NCBI RefSeq assembly: GCF_964204645.1
Contig: NC_134033.1
Coordinates: forward strand, 12,284,655-12,348,654
DNA from: Tubulanus polymorphus
Taxonomy: Eukaryota; Animalia; Nemertea
DNA length: 64,000 nt
Reading direction: 5' to 3'
Shown: positions 1 to 12,505 of the stretch, one piece after another
Position numbering within the stretch: the first letter of the stretch is position 1
How the letters are laid out: every line of letters starts with the position of its first letter
Notes under the pieces: model-generated
The model's input: the letters and a program-made list of their open reading frames with translations, nothing else
What the model was told of the DNA's origin: nothing
Databases searched by the model: none
Made by a program: the position numbers and the translations under genes

Positions 1-888
1 TTGCGTTACAAAATGAAAAAGCCCAGATGTTTGACTGACTATTTGACGTTGCACATGGGCGGATCTTACTAGACGGGAACTCGGGAGTCTGGACGACTCC
101 TGCAATGTAAACATTCGACTCCCAGAATTAGCATATTTGCGGATTCATATTTTACAGAATATCCTCAAATTCAGGGGCGCCTTCTTCCGCTGCTCGTAAC
201 CTTTGGCACTTCAGCTTCGTTCGAGGACTGCCTATCCTATTCTTTTGGACCTTTCAATTTTCTTAGATCCGCCCCTGTCGCAAGGCGTCTGCATGGCATA
301 AACGTGAAACAAGGTTGCATGGCATTAACGTGTAATATTAACATAATTATATAAAAATATCTATAATGACGTACATGCCCTATCGTTTATCTGTACTACA
401 CTTGTATTAGATGCCAAGGTCTGATTTCACGCTTCTTTACGTCATCGACGAAAATGAACGTATAACGTATGTATATCGTCTGCTAAACGCTTTAAACGTT
501 TAGAAACTATAAACGTAATTCTTATAAACACAAACACACACACACACTTGTATAAGATCGGAACATTACGGACTACTTGTAAATAATGGATTATGCTATT
601 TAACTATTTAAACGTGATCGTATATAAAACGTGTATTTAAATCTTATTACTTGTAAAACTTAGTAAAAAAAAAACATTAATAATATAATGATACTAGTAG
701 ATAATTAATGTTGGGTCACTCCATATATGCAAAGTGATTAATATGAATACTACTAAGAAACATTTTCATATACAAATATATATATAAGCGTAAGATAATA
801 TATGTACCTCTCCTTGTCAGGACGTGTACCTTGTTGAAAGCTTTATAGACTATTCAAATTCTAATTAAGTTAGTGGATCGGATGGATA

Positions 889-1186
889 GGACCGACTCTA
901 TTATCAATCCGGACACGTCCGGGTGTCTCCAATTTCACGGTTTCATCGTTCACGTGATCATCCGGTGGTCTCCGGACTCTCCATTCTGGCGTGGTGGTTT
1001 AGTTTGCCGAGTGGAGCCGTGCGGTAAAGAAGATACACGTTCAGCATAGCATTAACAGGCAACCAGTCTAGATTCAGCAACCAGTCTGTTAAGTGATAGT
1101 ACAGTCGTTCTCCGATTGTACTCTTATTCACCGAAATCACCGGATCATCCGGATATTAATCCGGACGTGATGATAGAATCGGCCCA
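889..1186. mobile_element. MITE-like element
   Basis: Imperfect TIRs GGACCGACTCTATTATCA / TGATGATAGAATCGGCCC, with internal ATCCGG repeats. Confidence 0.55.
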
Positions 1187-1938
1187 TACTGAATTGATTC
1201 CATTGGGTCGAAAAGGCATCGTTAAGATCAGTATTTGAGCCAGGCCTATATGGCGCCAATTTCTAAACCGTGGACTAATTTGCAGGAAAAAAAACAGTTG
1301 GACATTTTACATCTGGGGCTATGAATCCGTGATCGGATGAAGTCCCTGTTGCGTTCTAAACTGTTAGAAATTTTCCGCGAAATAGGTTGGAGTAATGCGA
1401 TCATATTTTTCTGCGATTATTACGTATATGTTATCGATAGGACACCGAAGCGCTTAGTTTTGCATTTTCAGGTTGAATATATACATTTACGCGCATGTAA
1501 GGCATTGATTTATACGATAAACGTGTAACTTAAATATATACAGCTTGCGACAGTTTATAATGCATATGTTGAGGTAATTACGAAGTCATACTAGTGAAGC
1601 TATTTTCGTGTTGTCGGTCGATTGCGATAGCGATGTATTTGATCGTGAATTTAAATGTTTCACCGTTATATCGATAAATATAGTGTTTTAGAGATTATCG
1701 TATAGAATTCAATAGCGATCAACCTATGATTATAATCACTACATATGAATGAATTTCTTAAATTCGTAGCAACGTTTGACGTAAGGCCGGAGAAATTATA
1801 GAAGGCGCTAAAATAAAGTTTTTGAGCATCGGTAAAGTATCGAACATCTAAATAGAATATCAGAAAAAAAAGACTTGCAAAGTTTCTCCAAGGCGCATTT
1901 TATATATACATACTTATATTGATAAACGGGAATATAAA

Positions 1939-2088
1939 TAGTACTTCGAAGGTTAACTAGATTTTTCGCTTTCGCTACTAGTGCATCGAGTAGCTTCATC
2001 GGGTAAATGAGTGCTTCAATTTATCCGATGCACTAGTAGCTAAAGCTCGCACTTCAAATAAAGCTCTAGTTAACCTTTTAAGTACTAT
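1939..2088. repeat. Nested inverted repeat (MITE-like)
   Basis: TAGTACTT..AAGGTTAACTAGA / TCTAGTTAACCTT..AAGTACTA and GCTACTAGTGCATCG / CGATGCACTAGTAGC. Confidence 0.65.
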
Positions 2089-5000
2089 ATGTTACCGATC
2101 CGACGGCTACTCCGAAACTCATAGATATATTGGTAATATACACGAATTCAATTCAATGGCTGTAACGAAGCATTTGCGCGATCCAATATAGGAAAGTACC
2201 AACACGCACAATGTGAAGAAGACAATCTTTAAAATCAACTGGCAAAAAATCGAAAAAAGAAGCGCTCCCATAATCTGGCAGCAGAATTATATAGACACTA
2301 GTATAAACTCGACTTGAGTCGATCAGCACCTAATGTACGTATAGAGTACGTATAGTATGAATACCGCACAAAGATCTAATATTCATTCGGCGAAAAACCG
2401 ATTATCCGTTAGGTCTACGCGCAATTATCTAATAGATAATTGCTCGTAGGTTAGGTTCACCTAGGAGCAAACGTTTTCTACTCCAAAGGTTCACTCGATG
2501 GTAGACGATATATGCATGTTGCATCGGGTAATGTGGCACTCTTGTCTCAATCCTTCTAGGTCTGATAGCTTTATCGTGAAACACCTGCGCATCAGCGATT
2601 GTGATTGTTCCGCGCAAGCGGGAAACACGTGTAACCCAATCAGCTCGCAGATATGGGGAACCCCTAACTAACTTGCCAACTGATATGGCGTATAGTCACG
2701 TGGCACCTCTACGCTCGTCCTTTGACGTAACTTTCGACGTTTCTAGCTCGATTTTGGCAGTAATGACCACGTCACCGATTCGATAGTCAGTATCTAGATA
2801 TTTTGATACATCTAAATGATACACACTTCCTGAGATAACTAGCGCAGAATTAAGTGTTAGTGCTTCTACACATGCGCGGTGGACTCTCGCTTACCGAGCG
2901 ATGCTTTTGGACCGTCAAATTTGGTTTGACCTAAGCGATATAATCATCGCTTACTGAATGACTATACAGGCACTACACTAAATTCTGATTCTCAGCTCGG
3001 CAAAAATTGGGCAATGCGAAATACGAAACGTTAGCACGGAATCTAAACTTCACGATATTCAATGTTATATCATATTCAATATATTATGCTATATATCATA
3101 CTATATCTATATCTATGTTACATATTATACATAAACCCTAATATATACTCATATTTGTAATTTTGTACATTTTTACATGATAATCGAATAATCTAAATCA
3201 ATATAATCTTAACGATACTAATAACAATAGTGGTAATAATACGGTTTATCGCGATGTGTAGTGCATATTTACGCGTATGATATTGACCATTATATTTCTT
3301 CTCGTTTCATCTTCTCTTCAAGTTTATAACAGAAAACTTCATGATCTGCCTGGTATATCGATGAGAATGGAGAGGAATTATAATCAATTTCTTGACACGG
3401 TCTCTCGAGACTACCATGTACGGTACGAACCACTGCCGATTGATCATTAAACTAATTACACCCTATACCATAATCCGCGACAAGAAAACCTGATTTTCAG
3501 ATTGGCTAAATTGAAACACAGATAGTAGCTAGTATGCTTACTCGTCCTACCTCGGCAGGATTCGAACCTGCCGACATCAAAGGTCTCGCTGCTCATACTG
3601 AGGGAGGGGGGTCTATACACCTCCGACGAATAGGGTTTCCCGCAGTGGCTGGGTGAGCCCCCGTACGCCTGAAGCACTCCAATACGGTGAAATGAAACTG
3701 TGCCAGCTTTTCCAAACCAGGGCACATGAAATCTGCTATATATATATAGAAAAAAATAGATTGAGTTTAATATGCATCACTAACTTTTTATTCTTATAAT
3801 TTGAAATTTAATCATAGAATCAATTGAAGAATTACCGAAAGAGATTTCTTGATACATACATATTTATATAACGACTTTTAGCTTACATATTTTAAAAGAT
3901 CAGCTTTTATTTTTCACCAGTAAGCCACACGTAGGTACGTAATGATGAATTAACGACGTCATTTTATTGTATCGTTTTTTTATACTTGACTTAGAAATAT
4001 ATCTTTTACTTGTATTTCTTGTATCGACGCAACATTTCGGCAATAACCGAGACATTGATCACGAAGTCGTTTTGATTCATGGCTACCGTGATTCGTAATA
4101 AGTATCATAGATTTATAACGTGCGTAATTGAAGAATTTCCCCGTGGGGCCCCCGAGGTGATTAAACTAAAAAAGAAAAAATAGTTCCGGCGGGCGCGGGT
4201 TGAGGGGATGGTCTCGGGGATCCGGACCCCGCCTTCCCATTGAGGTTACCCTTTTCGCCAAGACAAAAATCGTTGAAACATGCAAATGACACTCATGCTT
4301 GTGGAAATGCATATTTTCGGATTATTTTCTTCAAAAATATCTAACACCGACGATGGGACCCGGCTAGTGGCCTTTGACATGGCTCTTTTAACTGGAAAAT
4401 GAATTTCCTTTTCTCATGGACCCCGGCCTTCTAATTTACCTTAATCCACCCCTACAACGAGTCAAAATATCTATTTTGCTTTGTTTATCATCATCCATCA
4501 TGCCGATAACTATATATATGAACTACCCGAGCATCATATAGTTGTTAAATAGATAGTCTCATGTCGTAAGTCGTAAGTCGTTATCGTTTCGTCTGTTAAA
4601 ATTAGCCTATTATATTGTTATCATAAAGAAACAAGCGTTATATACGGCGTACTGCCCATGCGTTCAGTTTGAATTATATGGAATTCTGTAATTATATACT
4701 ATATATATATATATATATACATATATATATTATATATACGTTGGTGTAAAATTATCAATAAAATCTCCACCATATTATACCCTGATCGTGTTTGTGATCG
4801 GTTCTTTCGTTTGGTCAATATCGAGGCATTGGTTTGAAATGCTTAGAAGGTCATCGTCATGGATGAATGTCCGGGCGGTCAATAGCTAAATCCTTAGACT
4901 GGTTGCCTGTCGAATTCTGCGCCACCTGCATTCGCAGTCAGAATAGAACTGAAGGTAGAGACCGGCAACCAGTCTACCTAAATCCTATGGAGAAACGACT

Positions 5001-5802
5001 GCAGATTTAGCTAACTCAACTATATACATTTGTGCGAAAAGGAGAAATGTTGTATATGTAAAAGATTTCCGGAATTGTGGGTATCGGGTATTTCATATTT
5101 TTCAATGATGCACAGAACTATACGAATTTCTCCCAAGTTCTGAATGTTCCACCCACCGAAACTACGAACATACAGAAAATTGGACAACATAACCTGACAT
5201 CATTTAGCCAAATCGATGTATAGATAAATACCAATTTGTTATCCATCTTAATCGCTTGTAATTCAGCCGGATGAGGGGAAATATTCCCGAAAACGTTCGT
5301 AATAAACTTTGCTTACTGATTTTGTTGGTTCATGGTTAACGAAAAAACGACTGTATCATCAACAGAAATGCGCCATAAGAACAGTAATGGAACCGTGAGA
5401 AACCTGACCTGTACGTATTCTCGCAAACCTACGGGGATGTTGTCAACGTGGTATTCACGGCAACTATCGGTAAGTATGCACGTTCCCAGTCGGTTTAGTC
5501 GGTGCGATGAAACGACAATCATCATAATTATAAAACACAAATAAATTATATCATAATTCTTGCCTCTTCCTATGCTAAATTATCTTTAACTTGCCTTAAA
5601 TTGTCTTTGTCACTTATACGGTAGTGAGGGCATAAGCTAGTGGCGACAAAATCAAAACTCAAACCGACGATCATTGTAGATGGCCTTTTTATTCTCAAAA
5701 AGCAAAATTCTAAAAACAAACAACGCCTTTTGATCATTTATTTTTATTCGAGGCATACATAATGTATGTGGTGGGTCATCAAATGTCGATGACGCATCGA
5801 AC

Positions 5803-6236
5803 TTATTGCGAAACAGGATTTGGACAACATCTGCCCATGAGTCTTGTGCAACATCCGCTGCTTGGTCCACCGATCAACCAGTAGGTTCCATGATTACCGT
5901 TACAGAAACATGGAAGTCCTCTCTTTTCAATTTCAACTTCTACAAGAATAGATTCGTGATTGACTTTCGCATAGCACAGTTAAGGCATTAAGTTACCAGG
6001 GGTACCTGAGGAACGCGAAGATATACTTTGTCGGCAAATGTAGCCCGCTGTCCTTATCGTTGCATTCGTTATCGTCATTACGAATTCCCCATTTAGAATA
6101 TAAGCCCCAGATTTTGTGCCTTGAAATATAAGCGCTAAATGTAACTTTAAGAGATGAATGATGAATTACCTTCAGCAGTGATAGTTCCGATGACCACTAA
6201 CAAGGTCAAGGCAACAAACAGGATTTTGGTAAACAT
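5803..6236 (-). CDS. Secreted Cys-rich peptide precursor A (beta-defensin/anemone-toxin-like), 67 aa
   Basis: Coding exons 6236-6170 and 5939-5803, joined by a phase-1 GT-AG intron, give MFTKILFVALTLLVVIGTITAE-EVEIEKR-GLPCFCNGNHGTYWLIGGPSSGCCTRLMGRCCPNPVSQ*. Signal peptide, acidic propeptide, KR site, 6 Cys; AATAAA on - at ~5737-5748. Confidence 0.9.
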
Positions 6237-6583
6237 TCTGAAAAGTGAATGGACATCAATCGGAAATCAGAATCTGTTTTGGATAACGTAAACCGGCTTA
6301 TACAGTTGATCCTCGTTAATGTGATTCTGAATAAGACGAAACCAGTCAATCACGATGATTTCCAGCATGTCCCAGCCAAAATATCTATATTAAACAAGGT
6401 TTGGATAAAACGTAACCCACAATTTCACTTTTGCCCACAAGATTCGTATTACAGAGGTTCCAATGTATTAGTGTGGAAAATAAGGATAATATCTGAAAAA
6501 TGAAGGATATGAAGGGATCAAATAATCAGTTACGGACCAGAAACTGTTTTCGGCGATCGACACTGCTACATCTACGTACGTAC

Positions 6584-6648
6584 CTGACTTTCAACTTGCT
6601 GTAGACAATTCGCTGTAGACAGTGAACAAACAAAATTGAAAATATATA
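6584..6648 (-). promoter_or_regulatory. TATA-like box and non-coding exon 1 of peptide gene A
   Basis: TATATA at 6648-6643, then ...GTCTACAGC...CAG|GTACGT donor at 6583. TATA-to-donor distance (~64 nt) matches paralog B. Confidence 0.65.
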
Positions 6649-7260
6649 CTCAGTATTTCATACCTGCCGTATGTTGAAAAACCGCTTATGGGGAGAAAAA
6701 AAATGTCATAAACGTCAAATATTTAACTACAGTTTTATTGCTGCGAACAGACACAGTTATATATGACTATAAGCCGCTTGCGAGACGTGTATGAGTTCGA
6801 TGGGTTCTATCATGGACACTAAAACGTTAGAGTCTACGTAGGTTTTAGAGTCCATGGTTATATGTACAGTCAACCCCCGATAAACTGCCCTTCCCATTTA
6901 CCACCACCCCGCCCCGCCTGCCGCCAGGTTTTCTCAATGTACATCTCTATACAAATACATTGTAAAACACACCCGATATACCGCCAAAATCGTTCTGAAC
7001 CGATGTGGGCCCGGGGTATATCGGAGGTTTACTGTCAAATTCGGCTTTGTTGTCGTCATGTTTCTACATATAAGGAAAACCTCGCAGTCAACACCACGAA
7101 TGGTTTGCAGTCGTATGCTCTTTCGAATTGAATACAGTTTCGTTGGCACAATAAGCGATTCAAGCTATTTCGACTGGTAAATCAGTACTGAAGCAGCCCA
7201 TATTGATCCACATATCTAATGTGTCAGCCGCTATGACCCCTCGGTGGCGCTGCTAAGAAT

Positions 7261-7480
7261 AGCCGCGGAAGCTCAGTGAGATAAGGCATGATGCTGTTGC
7301 ATCAACTATCAGTGCTGAGCGACAAGTGGGCTCGAGTCCTGCTGTCTGCTTACGGTGTGCGGGCAAAAAAAACTCCAAGGCCGTCCCGTCGTGAGGTGAA
7401 ATGAAAAATGCAATAAGGTTAGTCTTGGGAAACCAAGATCTGGACGACGTGAAGCAAAAAAAAAACAGACAAACAAACAA
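7261..7480 (+). mobile_element. tRNA-derived SINE-like element
   Basis: A-box-like GCTCAGTGAG, B-box-like GGCTCGAGTCC, a body, then an A-rich/(CAAA)n tail. Confidence 0.6.
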
Positions 7481-7957
7481 GCATTTCATGAACTGAAGAC
7501 TGATTTCTACGAAACACTTTGTGCGCTTCCTGATCTAGAATAGACGGCATTATTAACATGATAGACTCTGAAAATTTGTAAACGCCAATGATTATCAATG
7601 GCAACACTCCAGCACTCAACTTGGTTGACAAACAAGCCATGCTATCGCGTGCCCGCTATAGGCGATTAAGGTTTTTGGTGGTATGGCGAGTATGGCGAGT
7701 GGCAGTATATCGGGAACGAATTCTCACTATAAAATTGCAAGATTTTTGCGACATTCGCATCCATCGAAATGGATGATGCAACGTCTATATTTTGTAGAAT
7801 TTAGAAAAAATAAAATTCAAACTATAGAATGTTATCTAAAACAAAAATCAGAATGCGCTAATAAAACTTGAAATGACGGCGCAGATTATTATTTTGTAAG
7901 CCGCTTATTGTTTTCTCTCATAAGCGGTTTAACATAGTATTAAATCTTGCTTGATTG

Positions 7958-8023
7958 TATAAATAACCGATAGTTTCTAGCTTTGTCAACTGTTGGGAAT
8001 CGTCTACAAGCCGAAAAAACCAG
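7958..8023 (+). promoter_or_regulatory. TATA box and non-coding exon 1 of peptide gene B
   Basis: TATAAATA at 7958, then ...GTCTACAAGC...CAG|GTAAGT donor at 8024; acceptor TTTCAG ends at 8215, just before the ATG. Confidence 0.7.
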
Positions 8024-8216
8024 GTAAGTGACGTGACAGGAGCTTGTTCGTATAAATCGTTGATTCTGAATTCAAAGTCGATTAAAATTTGTTTATTCAT
8101 GTCGTTGTTTAAGAGTCAATCATAAAATTTTTTATATAGTTCCGAGGCAAATATGCCGGATATATATACTTGTATATGGTAATTCAGTCTAATTAGATAT
8201 TCATTCACATTTCAGA

Positions 8217-8864
8217 ATGTACAAAACTCTGTTTATTGCCTTGGCCTTGTTTATGGTCATCGGAGCCATTGCTGCAGAAGGTAACTACATGTACATTCAA
8301 TCTGTTCAGTACACAAACCTAACGTTTAATTTTTGTATCGATAATTCTAAATGTCGACTTAAACTTCACCGAAATGAGATACCGGTGCTGTATTCACATC
8401 TCTGGGGAACCGCATGATCCAAACGTGTATTTGAGCAAAACGATTAGGTTTACTAAAAGAAAAACACATTCGTATTGCCATCTAACCTACACGGTTTGAG
8501 CGAACCCCAGACTCTTAAGGCTCGTTTGCGGGGGCCTTTAGACGATGATTCGTATTAGAGTTTATGAGTCAAACCGAAACCGTTCAAGGTTGAGTTCAAT
8601 TTAACCAAAATGGCGGTTCTACTCGAAAACACAGATAGACGTTGTCATCAGCCAACTGCAAACTGAAAATGTAAATCGTCGCATTTGTTTAAGCCACATA
8701 CACCGGTTCATATCATTATGTATAGATTATGATTTACAGAAGTAGAGATTGAAGAGAGAGGACTTCCATGTTTCTGCAACGGTAAACACGGAACCTACTG
8801 GTTGATCGGTGGACCTAGCAGCGGATGTTGCTCACGATTGATGGGCAGATGCTGTCCAAATTAA
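8217..8864 (+). CDS. Secreted Cys-rich peptide precursor B (beta-defensin/anemone-toxin-like), 62 aa
   Basis: Exons 8217-8280 and 8740-8864 (phase 1) give MYKTLFIALALFMVIGAIAAE-EVEIEER-GLPCFCNGKHGTYWLIGGPSSGCCSRLMGRCCPN*; AATAAA at 8871. Confidence 0.9.
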
Positions 8865-10039
8865 TCTCCCAATAAACATCGACGCGTCATCGACATTTTT
8901 TTAGCTGAATTGCGTATAATTCGCATTTATACCAGTTGGAATAAAAAAGATGATCTAACGAAATATATCCTATGTACCGGTATTTAGCTTTTTTCGGATA
9001 GCGGATCGGATTAGGTATTTGGTTCACGTTCCGCGTCAATGGCAGTGACTTGTTGCTGACCACCGCACGTGACGCGAAAAAAACGTTCAACGTAAGATCA
9101 AGTTCCAATCGAGCCGGTCGGCCCGGAATAAGTTGCCGAAGACTAGAAAAGTTGACCAAGTAGTTTTGGAATTAATCGGTAGGGTTGAAATCATACGATG
9201 AATACACTGCAAGAAGACTTGAGCTGATGCCTTAGACATAAAATTCAATAAAGATCAACTAAAGACCTTTTCTTCCAGCCGGGGCAAGAGCCAACTGGTG
9301 ACGAAAGAATCCCTGGACATTCCATGCGGCGCGGCCACGTAGCTCATGAGGTGTCACCTTCAGGAACACCGTATATGCCACCAAAAGATCCCAGACAACA
9401 TATTCACGCATTCCAGCTATGCACCTCAGATTCTATGAAATTATTTAGATGCTGACATCCGGGGCTAACATCTAATATGACACGATCCACTCGCAACATA
9501 AACAATACGAGCAATAAATGATGATTTAAATTGAATTTAAATTGGTGCATGAGGCACTTTTTGCTCGGTGCGATGTCAAGGTCACGTCGAGCAACCCGGA
9601 AATGAAAATTCAAAAAAATTTTATTCAATTAGATCGGAAACTGAGGAGTTGACAATCAGACCAATTGACGATCAGTCAGTGTCTGATTGCAGTGCTTGTG
9701 TTAGAGAGTGGAACCCGCCCGAGTTTTACCAATAAGAAATGAATAAGCTGCAACCAAGTTAAATAAACTGAAAAAAAGGCCTTCCTTGATCTTGTGGTGT
9801 GTCACTCCGTTCGTTGACGTTGTTGTTGTAAAAGCGTTGTTCGTGTGTTGTTCTATTTTAGTCGTCTAAAGTCAGTGTGAGTATCGAAAGAACATCGCCA
9901 TTCGATTCATAAATCTTCATGAGATTCATATAGTCAGACAACAACACGATTGTTGTCCTACGAGTTACCGCAGGAATAACAACGTCAACGATACACAAGA
10001 TTTGTAGACTTATTATTGATTGCTGTGTTTTGCAAAAAA

Positions 10040-12505
10040 ATGGAAGAAAATGTCTGTGCTGCTGGGCCGACTCTCCCTCCAGGGTTCAATGTGGAAGGCT
10101 CCAAGGATGAGAGATCCAGTTCTATTGGGCCTGCTCTACCTCCAGGGTTCAATGTGGAAGGCTCCAAGGATGAGAGATCCAGTTCTATTGGACCTGCTCT
10201 ACCTCCAGGCTTCAATATGAAAGGCTCTGAAGATGAGAGATCCAGTTCTATTGGGCCCGCTCTACCACCAGGGTTTACTGTGGAAGGCTCGAAGAATGAG
10301 AGATCCAGTTCTATTGGACCGGCTCTACCTCCAGGCTTCAATATGGAAGGCTCTGAAGATAAGCAATCCAGTTCTATTGGGCCCGCTCTACCACCAGGGT
10401 TTACTGTGGAAGCCTCCAAGGATCAGAGATCCAGTTCTATTGGGCCAGCTCTACCTCCAGGATTCAATATGAAAGGTGCTGAAGATGAGAGATCCAGTTC
10501 TATTGGGCCAGCTCTACCTCCAGGGTTCAATATGAAAGGCTCTGAAGATGAGAGATCCAGTTCTAATGGGCCCTCTCTACCTCCAGGGTTCAATGTTGAA
10601 AGCTCCAAGGATGAGAGATCCAGTTCTATTGGACCTGCTCTACCTCCAGGATTTATTATCAATAATGATATCGATGATGATGATGATGATGACGAGGATG
10701 AAATCGGACCAATGCCGAGCACAGGAGGCGGTCGCCATAATGAAGTTTCCGTTGCCAGTGACTTCGAAAGAAGATCCAAAAAAATGAAAGATAAACTAGA
10801 AGGGAAGGTAAATACGTCTCAATGAAATATGTGTGTGGAAGAGGTTTTAGGGTAGGCTAATATGGGATAAAAAATTTGAAATTTTCTGCTTGAAAACCCC
10901 TGATCTGTAGGGATCCTTTTTTAGCAGTACATCCATTTTACATCGTATCACAGGGTAGATGCAATTTTTGCGTCAAAGTATGGAATTCTGAAAATTGTTT
11001 GAATTTTCTCCAGCAGGTGTCAGTACTGAAAACATAAATAGCCATGATTTTGAATACATGAAATAATGGAGGATGTATTAATTTGTAGGACGATGCGACC
11101 ACGACGACGTCGTCGGATTATTCCAAACGCGAATCGTGGATGACCGAACTACCGTCCGATCACCTGAGCGTCGGCCTCGGTTTGGTTTCTCGCCAGTTCA
11201 GCACGAAATCGAGTTCCAGCAAAAATTCGGATCGGTCCGGATGGACGGACACTCCGGCTGACCGAGAACGCAAAGCTCGAGTAAGCAAATAATCGAATGT
11301 TTTTATGTTTCATTACAATACGCTAATGATTAGGGTCGCTCAAAAGTTTGTTAAGGTTAACCCTTTCAGTGCATCTACACCGCAGTGCAGTGTATAAATC
11401 AGTGATAGATTTTGCTAGTACACCGCACTGCGGTGTATTGATGTAAATAGTAATTCTTGAAAAATGGCAGCACGTGTCAAACATAGTGAAATATTAGTAA
11501 CTGACGTTACACCGCGCCGCAGTGTAGACACACTATAGTGGTATTCCCGTTGTTCAACACACTAGGGTTGAATTTTTTAGAATTTTCAAATTATCTCCAG
11601 CACTATAGGGTATTAATTAGTCAGCACTAAAAGGGTTAAACTTATGATAATAATGGTGATTACCTCCGAGTAATCATCTGAACTAACTTTCAAGCAACTG
11701 GACATCGATTCCTCGAAACCGTCCCTCATTGAAAACTTACACATTTTTCAGGAGGGTCATGTTAGTCGCGTAGATAACAAACACGATGATCAAAAGCAAC
11801 GTTCGAAGGCTCGCGACGCGGAAATTTCACAGCAAGTCGATGACTATAATGTAAGACGCTATTTCGCAAAATCACGAATCGAATTTTCTCGTTTTCCATG
11901 AATGAAAGAATTACCGATTTTGAGAATGAATTTTTATTGATTAGCAGTTAGATAAAATGATCATGCTTTCTATTATTCAGAATCTGAAAAGGAAAGAAAG
12001 TTTGGTCGATATGCATCAGAAAAAGTTGAAGAAAGCAAAGGTACGTAGTAGGCTAACTTAATGTTTGACCTTGAATTTACTTTCAGCTCTAAGTAAAACG
12101 TATGTTACCTTGACATTGGTCATCAAATACATCAGTATATGTACCTGCAACTATCATACGAGCCCCTGTGATTTTCTGTGTTGCCTAATCTTATGATTCA
12201 ATTGTATCATAATCCCCATGTAGCTTCGATATCTTGCAGTGTAACCTTAAATCTTATTGTTTTTATGTGAATTCTTTACTTAATTTTCGAAACCACTCAA
12301 AATCGATCATGACCAAAACGCATGTTTTTTCTCATTTTAACAGAAAGCAGACAGTAATGAACCGAAATCGCGACGGCCGTTCAGTCGCGAGGACGATTTA
12401 CAAATCAACCGCTTCGACGACGCGAAACGTAAAGCTTTGATAAAAAAATCGCAAGATTTGAACAATCGATTCAGTCACGGAGGAACGACGGGGAAATTTA
12501 TATGA
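10040..12505 (+). CDS. GPALPP1: GPALPP motifs-containing protein 1
   Basis: Exons 10040-10807, 11089-11280, 11752-11850, 11981-12040, 12344-12505, all phase 0 GT-AG. GPALPPGF repeats plus conserved RESWMTELP, WTDTPADRERK, ESLVDMHQKK and RRPFSREDDL...NRFSHG. Confidence 0.93.
10064..10654 (+). repeat. Coding 63-bp (21-aa) tandem repeat, 9 full units plus a tenth motif
   Basis: Unit GPALPPGF(N/T)(V/M)(E/K)GS(K/E)DERSSSI, visible in both DNA and protein. Confidence 0.95.
11361..11635. mobile_element. piggyBac-type MITE (TTAA TSD), multi-copy family
   Basis: TTAA|CCCTTTCAGTGC...GCACTAAAAGGG|TTAA. Related copies at ~23102-23360, 23501-23788, ~28000-28165, ~31653-31930, ~45788-45968 and ~48985-49203. 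Confidence 0.85.

Noticed and set aside
4780-5540. Minus-strand stretch with coding-like composition
   Set aside because: Several stops, a MITE insertion at ~4894-4976 and no recognisable family; a pseudogene call cannot be supported without a search.
7493-7520. CTGAAGA...GAAAC motif
   Set aside because: Stems I and II cannot pair; not a hammerhead.
9985-10787. Antisense and alternate-frame repeat ORFs
   Set aside because: Shadows of the GPALPP1 63-bp repeat.
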